From positions 1 to 37,235 of the forward strand of contig JBFIML010000044.1 in NCBI GenBank assembly GCA_041611735.1: a stretch of DNA of 37,235 nt, written 5' to 3'. Source of the DNA: Myxococcota bacterium (GTDB lineage Bacteria; Myxococcota_A; UBA9160; PR03). The translations under genes and the position numbers were made by a program. The notes under the pieces were generated by a model. The model was not told the DNA's origin and did no database searches. It saw only the letters and a list, made by a program, of their open reading frames with translations. Shown piece after piece: positions 31,951 to 37,235 of the stretch (position 1 is its first letter; every line of letters starts with the position of its first letter).

Positions 31951-33527
31951 GGCGTGGCGCCTCCCGCGGGACGGCTGAAGACGCGGAAGCGGATCAGATC
32001 GCTGACCCGGTAGCCGGTATAGCTGCCCATCAGGACGAGCAAGCCCATCACACAGAAGACGAGCTCCGGAAAGCCGAACATGACGTGCTGGGCGAAGCGG
32101 CTCTGGAACACCGGATAGGCGCTCACGGCCACGAGTGTGGACCACATGGCGCGGATCAGCGCCTCGCGCAAGCCCTCCTCGGCCATGACGATGGAGAATC
32201 GTTCGATCAGCATGGTGAGGATGACGATGGGAAAGAGCACACCCTGGACGAGCTGGCGGCTCTCGCTGCTGCGGCCCAGGATCGCCAGGGCCGTGACGCC
32301 CAGGATGACCAGGCACAGCAGGATCGAGAGCCGCGGCACCAGCAGGAGTCGCAAGCGTTCCAGCAACACGCGCCCCAGGATCCCGATGGCGATCACCGCC
32401 GCCACCATGGCAAGGCCCAGACCGAGCGAGCTTTCCCGCAACGCGAGGGCGATCAGCACCGGCATGAAGGTGCCGAAGGTGGGAACGCCCACCACGTTGC
32501 GGAAAGCAGCCACGACCAGCGTGCCCAGGGGGATCACCAGCAGCAGCCGCATTACGCGTTGCGTCGCCACGGGAAGGCGGTAGAGGGAGAGGGAGGCCAC
32601 CACGGGGTTGGGTGGCACCATCATGACGGCCAGCTCCTCCGGGCGCAGCCGCTGGCGCAGGGCGTCGTAGCGGAACGCGACGGCCTGGATTCCCGTGGCC
32701 CGGATGCCCTGGAGCGAACCGGCCTGGAGCACCAGGCGATCGGCAGGGCGACGCCCGAAGAATCCCTCCACGGGCGAGAGCGAGATCCAGCTCCGCCCGA
32801 GCCAGGCCTCGGCCCAGGCAGCGAGCTGGGGCTCCGCATCGCCGCGCAGGCGCAGCCCGAGCACGGGTCGGGCCGGAATGCCCGCCGTGCGGAGCAAGGT
32901 CACCAGCAGGCGCGACTTGCCTTCTTCGTTGCCTTCCCGGGCAGCCAGGGTGAGGAAGGCGTCGTCGCTGCCCGTGGAGGCGGTGGCGATCTCGTCGCTC
33001 ACGAAGGCGAAGATCGTGCGCAGCCGCCCCACGGGATCCTCGAGAGGGGGGAGCGGCAGGGTCTCCAGAACGCCTCGCATCTCCGGGGCGTAGGAGGGGA
33101 AGTCGGCGCTCGGCTCGCCGTACTCGCGGGCGACGGACGCGGGCGGCGGCGCCACCGGCGGCTCCGGCAGCAGCGTCTCGACCTCGGAGAGCTGGACCCG
33201 GAACCCGTGCACGATCTCGTGCACCCCCCGGAAGCGGCCACTCCAGACGCCGGTACGGCGGTCGTCGTCGCTGCGGATGCTGAACACCAGGCGGTCCGAG
33301 ACGGATCGTTCGTCGAACACGACCTGGCCGGTCCCCGAGGAAGGCAGAGGCGCCTGAACGCTGCCCCGGCGCCCCGTGCCGCGCGCCGTGATGGTCAGAT
33401 CCACCCGCCACAGTCCCTGGGGATCGGAGGGCACGAGGGGCAGATCCAGCGCCAGCACCTTCCAGAGGAAGACGGTGCTTCCGAACAGGAGCAGGGCGAT
33501 CCCGGTCCAGCGTGCCGCGGGGTTCAT
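31947..33527 (-). CDS. Inactive transglutaminase-like domain fused to a 7-TM domain (UUP1/RloB-type membrane protein)
   Basis: N-terminal TM. The transglutaminase-like segment (GNEEGKSRLL..LLR.AGIPAR, LAAWAEAW, W..LSP) lacks Cys/His/Asp. The 7TM region has SLYRLP, RNVVGVPTFGTFMPVLIALA, LLLVPRL, FPIVILTMLIER and G.YTGYR..DL.RF. Confidence 0.9.
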   Translation of the reverse strand: MNPAARWTGIALLLFGSTVFLWKVLALDLPLVPSDPQGLWRVDLTITARGTGRRGSVQAPLPSSGTGQVVFDERSVSDRLVFSIRSDDDRRTGVWSGRFRGVHEIVHGFRVQLSEVETLLPEPPVAPPPASVAREYGEPSADFPSYAPEMRGVLETLPLPPLEDPVGRLRTIFAFVSDEIATASTGSDDAFLTLAAREGNEEGKSRLLVTLLRTAGIPARPVLGLRLRGDAEPQLAAWAEAWLGRSWISLSPVEGFFGRRPADRLVLQAGSLQGIRATGIQAVAFRYDALRQRLRPEELAVMMVPPNPVVASLSLYRLPVATQRVMRLLLVIPLGTLVVAAFRNVVGVPTFGTFMPVLIALALRESSLGLGLAMVAAVIAIGILGRVLLERLRLLLVPRLSILLCLVILGVTALAILGRSSESRQLVQGVLFPIVILTMLIERFSIVMAEEGLREALIRAMWSTLVAVSAYPVFQSRFAQHVMFGFPELVFCVMGLLVLMGSYTGYRVSDLIRFRVFSRPAGGATP

Positions 33528-33542
33528 GGCGTCTTCGCCGGC

Positions 33543-34655
33543 CTACTCGGGCCGCTCGTCCACCTCGAAGGAACCGTCACCGCCTGCGTCCGGGGCCGTC
33601 CCGTCGGCTTCCTCGTCCGAGGTGAGGATGGTGCCCTCGGAGTAGTCCGGTTCGATTCCGATGTGGAAGGCCGCGTAGCCGGGGATCACGATCTGGTCCA
33701 CCGCCATGCCGATCACCCGGCCGCGTTGGGGGGCGCGCACCACGGCTCGCTCGTTGGAGAGGGGGTCGATCACGATGCCGAGCACCTCGCCCTCGGCCAC
33801 CACGTCGCCCACCGAAACCCGGGCACGCAGAATGCCCCCGTCGTCCACACGCACCCAGCGCGAGCGATAGTAGACGCGCTGGTTGCCCCGCAACCACGAG
33901 CCACGTTCGTCCAGCATCTCGAGAGAGCGCATGACGCTACGCACTCCCTGCACCCCGCGTTCCACTTCCTCGCGCTGGAAGCGCGTGGGCTCGCCGGCTT
34001 CGTAGGTGATGGCCGGAATCGTTGCCGACACGGCCGCTCGCCGCAGGGTACCCGGGGTGCCGACGGAGTGCACCACGATCTCGGCCCCGAAGGCAACGGC
34101 CAGCTCGGTCACCTTCGGCTCGCGCAGATCGGCGCGCACCTGGGGCACGTTGGTACGATGGAAGGAGCCCGTGTGCAGGTCCACCAGCATGTCGCAGTGC
34201 CGGATCACGCCGTCGAAGAAGGCGTGCGCGATGCGTGATGCCGAACTGCCGTGGGGATTGCCGGGGAAATAGCGATTCAGGTCGCGCCGATCCGGAAGGT
34301 ACCGGGAGCCGCGGCGGAAGCCGTGCAGGTTCACGATGGGCACCGCGATGACGGTGCCCGAGAGCTTCACGGGATCCACTTTCTCGACTACCTGCCGCAC
34401 GATCTCGACGCCGTTCACCTCGTCGCCGTGGACGCCCGCCGTGAGGCACAAGGCCGGCCCGGACTGCATGCCGCGCAGCACGAAGACGGGCGTGGGCAGC
34501 GAGTCGCCCACGAACGACTCGCTGGCCACCAGGGCGAGCGGCCGCGCCTCGCCCGGCACCACCACCTCGCCGAGCAGGTGCAGGGGCGACCACCCGTCGG
34601 CGGCGCTGGCGCTCACCACGAGCGCCCCCAAGATCACGCACAGGGCTCGAGTCAT
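33543..34655 (-). CDS. Secreted succinylglutamate desuccinylase/aspartoacylase-family (M14-like Zn carboxypeptidase) protein
   Basis: Signal peptide MTRALCVILGALVVSASAA. Zn motifs AGVHGDEVNG, RRDLNRYFPG, DLHTG and ITYEAG; a biotinyl-like C-domain; an acidic tail. Confidence 0.9.
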   Translation of the reverse strand: MTRALCVILGALVVSASAADGWSPLHLLGEVVVPGEARPLALVASESFVGDSLPTPVFVLRGMQSGPALCLTAGVHGDEVNGVEIVRQVVEKVDPVKLSGTVIAVPIVNLHGFRRGSRYLPDRRDLNRYFPGNPHGSSASRIAHAFFDGVIRHCDMLVDLHTGSFHRTNVPQVRADLREPKVTELAVAFGAEIVVHSVGTPGTLRRAAVSATIPAITYEAGEPTRFQREEVERGVQGVRSVMRSLEMLDERGSWLRGNQRVYYRSRWVRVDDGGILRARVSVGDVVAEGEVLGIVIDPLSNERAVVRAPQRGRVIGMAVDQIVIPGYAAFHIGIEPDYSEGTILTSDEEADGTAPDAGGDGSFEVDERPE

Positions 34656-34663
34656 GGCGCGCT

Positions 34664-34672
34664 AGGCTAGCA
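34664..34672 (-). promoter_or_regulatory. Extended -10 element for the five-gene operon (probably leaderless)
   Basis: Minus strand TGcTAGCCT, 8 nt before the ATG at 34655, with no SD. Confidence 0.4.
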
Positions 34673-34739
34673 CCCGATCCTGCGACGCCGGCGCCGCGCG
34701 CGCGAGCCCCGGCTGCCTGGCGTGGCGGTGCCGCGCCGC

Positions 34740-35111
34740 TCAGCGTGGAATCCGGGCATCGGCGGTGCAGCGGCGGCCGGCGACCTCCAGTACGGCCACG
34801 TACTTCTGCGGCGTCCGGTCCAGATCGAGGCCGATGCGAGCCGTGAAGGGCCCCGGGCCCACGGGCCGGCCCTCGCCGGAGACGAAGCTGCCAGAGGGGT
34901 TGCGGGCTGCGAGCCACGCCTTCGCCGGCGAGCCGGCGCGGCCCTGGACGGTCCACGCCGCCCGCACCGAGCCCGGCCGCACGTCCCACTGCGCGACTTG
35001 CACCACGCGGATCTCGCAATGCTCCGGGCGCAGCGCTCCGCCGCGTCCGGCGCATGCGACCGCGAACAGCACCAGGGCCGCCACGGCGGCGATGCGCGTA
35101 CCGCTGCTCAT
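34740..35111 (-). CDS. Hypothetical lipoprotein (123 aa, beta-rich)
   Basis: GGAGG lies 9 nt before the ATG at 35111. Lipobox FAVAC; two further Cys near the ends of the domain (possible disulfide). Confidence 0.7.
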   Translation of the reverse strand: MSSGTRIAAVAALVLFAVACAGRGGALRPEHCEIRVVQVAQWDVRPGSVRAAWTVQGRAGSPAKAWLAARNPSGSFVSGEGRPVGPGPFTARIGLDLDRTPQKYVAVLEVAGRRCTADARIPR

Positions 35112-35153
35112 CAGGGTCACCCTCCTGCGGCCACCAAGGGGGGCCTTCTCCCC

Positions 35154-35768
35154 TCAGTCGATGCCGAAACTGGACTGCTCGCCGGGGTAGATGTCGTTGC
35201 GGCGGATCACCAGGAAGAAGAGACTGTAGGTCTCGAAGGAGGCGCGGCCGAGCACGCCCTCGCTGTCGGCCACGCTCGCCCCGCTGCGGTCGTGGGCCAC
35301 CAGTCGCAGCTGGGCGTAGCCGCGCTGCTTCAGTACGCGGGCGAACGGAATCTCCGGGGTGGAGCCGCCGGGAATCGGGAGCGCTGGAACTCCGAAGCTC
35401 GTGTTGCGTGAGGCGGTGCCGAGGCCTCCCGCCAGCAGCACCAGCACCCACTCTGCCTGCTCGAGAGCCACCACCCGCGCTCCCAGCGTTCGCGCGCGGG
35501 CCTCGGCCAGAGCCTGGGCGTAGGGTGCATCGGCGCCGTTCAGGGCCGCCACCTCCACCGCCACCGCGCGCCCCTCGAGGTCCGGCCAGGTGAGGGCGTC
35601 GAGGGCGCGCTCCGCAGCTCGGTGGACGAGGAGCTGCTCGGTGGCCGAGCGGGGCGTCTCGGTCACGTAGCGCTGGTAGGTGCAGCCGAGTCCCAGTGCG
35701 GCGCCGAACAGGATCCACGACGGCGCTGCCAGAATGGCAGGCGCGCGGCGAACCAACGATCGTTTCAT
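35154..35768 (-). CDS. Lipoprotein, DUF6655/MafA-like
   Basis: ATG at 35768 and lipobox LGLGC. TETPRSATEQLL...A.ERA followed later by FGVPALPIP...PEI...K.RGYA resembles this family from memory. Confidence 0.65.
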   Translation of the reverse strand: MKRSLVRRAPAILAAPSWILFGAALGLGCTYQRYVTETPRSATEQLLVHRAAERALDALTWPDLEGRAVAVEVAALNGADAPYAQALAEARARTLGARVVALEQAEWVLVLLAGGLGTASRNTSFGVPALPIPGGSTPEIPFARVLKQRGYAQLRLVAHDRSGASVADSEGVLGRASFETYSLFFLVIRRNDIYPGEQSSFGID

Positions 35769-35893
35769 CGACCCCCCTGGCGAGGTGCATACGGTAGGAA
35801 GCCCCGCGGCGGACGCAAGCCGTCCCCCCGGGTCCGCAGCGCGGAGGACGCCGCGAAGATAGACTGGGTGCCGCTCGGTGGGGAGGATACGGA

Positions 35894-37105
35894 ATGGGCG
35901 ATTGGCTCCGCGATCAGCTTCGCCGCCGGCCACTGTGGTTGAACCTGCTGCTCGGCTTCTGCGCCTACATGGCCTTCGTCTACGTGCCGTGGGATCTGCT
36001 GGCCAAGCCCGTGGCACACGACGAGCAGGCCTGGTTCGGCTTCGTCGTGCACGGCTGGGCCGCCAAGCTCACCACCCCGCTGCACGGGATCGTCTACGGA
36101 CTCGCCGCCTACGGCTTGTGGCACAGCAAACGCTGGATGTGGCCCTGGGCGGCCGTGTACGCCGCCTACGTGGCACTGAGCATGGTCGTCTGGTCGTTCG
36201 TGTCCTACGAGGGGGCGTGGCCATCGCTGGCGATCGCGGGGGCCACCTCCCTCCCGCTCGGGGCCCTGGCCGTGGCGCTGTGGCGCGCGCGTCCGCACTT
36301 CCAGGCGGAGCGGCCTCCGCTGCGGGGCCGCTACGGGGAGTGGGCGCTGGTGACCGGCGCTTCGGCGGGGATCGGGGCCGCCTTTGCCCGGGCCCTGGCT
36401 CGAGAGGGATTCTCGGTCGTCCTCACGGCGCGCCGGGAAGACCGGCTGCGCCAGCTCGCCGCGGAGCTCGAGAAGACTCACGCGGTGGCGACCCGCGTGG
36501 TGGTCGTGGACCTGACCGCGCCGGATGGGGCCGATGTGCTGGTCGAGCGCGTGGCGGACCTCGAGGTGGGCATGCTGGTGAACAACGCGGGCTTCGGCTG
36601 GCAGGGCCGTTTCCACCGGCAGGAAGGCCGCCGACTGCGGGAGATGGTGCAGCTCAACTGTGTGGCCCCGGTGGTCCTCACGGCCCGGCTGTTGCCGGGC
36701 ATGCGCGCGCGCGGACGCGGTGCGGTGATCTTCACCGGCTCTGCGGCGGGCCGGCAACCGCTCCCGCTGCATGCCGTCTACGCCGCCACCAAGGCCTTCG
36801 ATGGATTCCTGGGAGAGGCCTTGTGGGCCGAGCTGCGCGGCAGCGGGGTGGACGTGCTGGTGCTCGAGCCCGGTGCCACGGAGAGCGAGTTCCAGGCGGT
36901 GGCCGGAGAGATCGCGCACGCCGGGGAGCCGGCGGAGCGGGTGGTGGCGCTCGCCCTGGAGCGGCTGGGCCGCCAGCCTTCCGTGCTCTCGGGGTGGTGG
37001 AACTGGCTGCGGGCCAACGCGGGCGCGCGGCTGCTGCCACGGACGGTCTTGTTGCTGCTGGCGCAGCGCGTGATGGAGAAACGGACGCCCCCCGCCAAAC
37101 TCTAG
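35894..37105 (+). CDS. Short-chain dehydrogenase/reductase fused to an N-terminal multi-TM domain
   Basis: SD GGAGG. The first ~135 aa form about 4 aromatic-rich TM helices. The SDR part has ALVTGASAGIG, ARR (NADP-type), LVNNAG, GS.AG, YAATK and PGAT.SEF. Confidence 0.88.
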   Translation: MGDWLRDQLRRRPLWLNLLLGFCAYMAFVYVPWDLLAKPVAHDEQAWFGFVVHGWAAKLTTPLHGIVYGLAAYGLWHSKRWMWPWAAVYAAYVALSMVVWSFVSYEGAWPSLAIAGATSLPLGALAVALWRARPHFQAERPPLRGRYGEWALVTGASAGIGAAFARALAREGFSVVLTARREDRLRQLAAELEKTHAVATRVVVVDLTAPDGADVLVERVADLEVGMLVNNAGFGWQGRFHRQEGRRLREMVQLNCVAPVVLTARLLPGMRARGRGAVIFTGSAAGRQPLPLHAVYAATKAFDGFLGEALWAELRGSGVDVLVLEPGATESEFQAVAGEIAHAGEPAERVVALALERLGRQPSVLSGWWNWLRANAGARLLPRTVLLLLAQRVMEKRTPPAKL

Positions 37106-37126
37106 CTTGTGGTGCGACTTCTGGGT

Positions 37127-37143
37127 CTGGCACGGGATGTGCT
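37127..37143 (+). promoter_or_regulatory. Sigma54 (-24/-12) promoter-like element facing out of the window
   Basis: CTGGCACGGGATGTGCT: GG(37129-30)-N10-GC(37141-42), with a perfect TGGCACG -24 box, in non-coding DNA after the SDR stop. Confidence 0.55.
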
Positions 37144-37235
37144 TGAGGTGCGGGGATGCCGCGCCCGGCTCCGTCGCGTCCGCCGCCGTTCTGTCCGAAC
37201 CCGGCCTGCGTTTTCCATCGCGATCCCAGGGTTTG

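Overview
A very GC-rich (about 70-75% by eye), gene-dense bacterial chromosomal segment. A PEP-CTERM sorting signal and the gene content suggest a Gram-negative, Myxococcota/deltaproteobacteria-like organism (inference). I found no rRNA, tRNA, CRISPR array or mobile element. Left to right: (i) 1-6.2 kb is a mixed region with a truncated secreted protein, an HTTM membrane protein, a PTP-like phosphatase, a PEP-CTERM-anchored glycerophosphodiester phosphodiesterase, a densely structured intergenic RNA candidate, DUF72, a His-rich secreted protein, a membrane metallohydrolase-like protein and a CxxC-CxxC microprotein. (ii) A znuACB-type metal ABC transporter and a divergent long-chain acyl-CoA ligase. 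(iii) A 16.4-kb, translationally coupled glgE-treS/mak-treZ-glgX-glgB-malQ-treY trehalose/alpha-glucan operon. (iv) A divergent diadenylate cyclase (CdaA-YbbR fusion) behind a symmetric double extended -10 element and three direct repeats. (v) A five-gene operon: secreted AstE/AspA-family peptidase, inactive-transglutaminase/7TM protein, alpha-L-glutamate-ligase-like ATP-grasp, secreted HEXXH metallopeptidase and GluR0-like ligand-gated K+ channel. (vi) Two lipoproteins, a membrane-domain/SDR fusion and a sigma54-type promoter at the right edge. The best candidate for an undescribed system is operon (v), a possible make/export/cleave/sense glutamyl-peptide circuit. It lies within a 24-kb block whose parts all relate to osmotic or K+ homeostasis (trehalose, c-di-AMP, K+ channel). 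Family assignments come from motif recognition only; no database searches were run.
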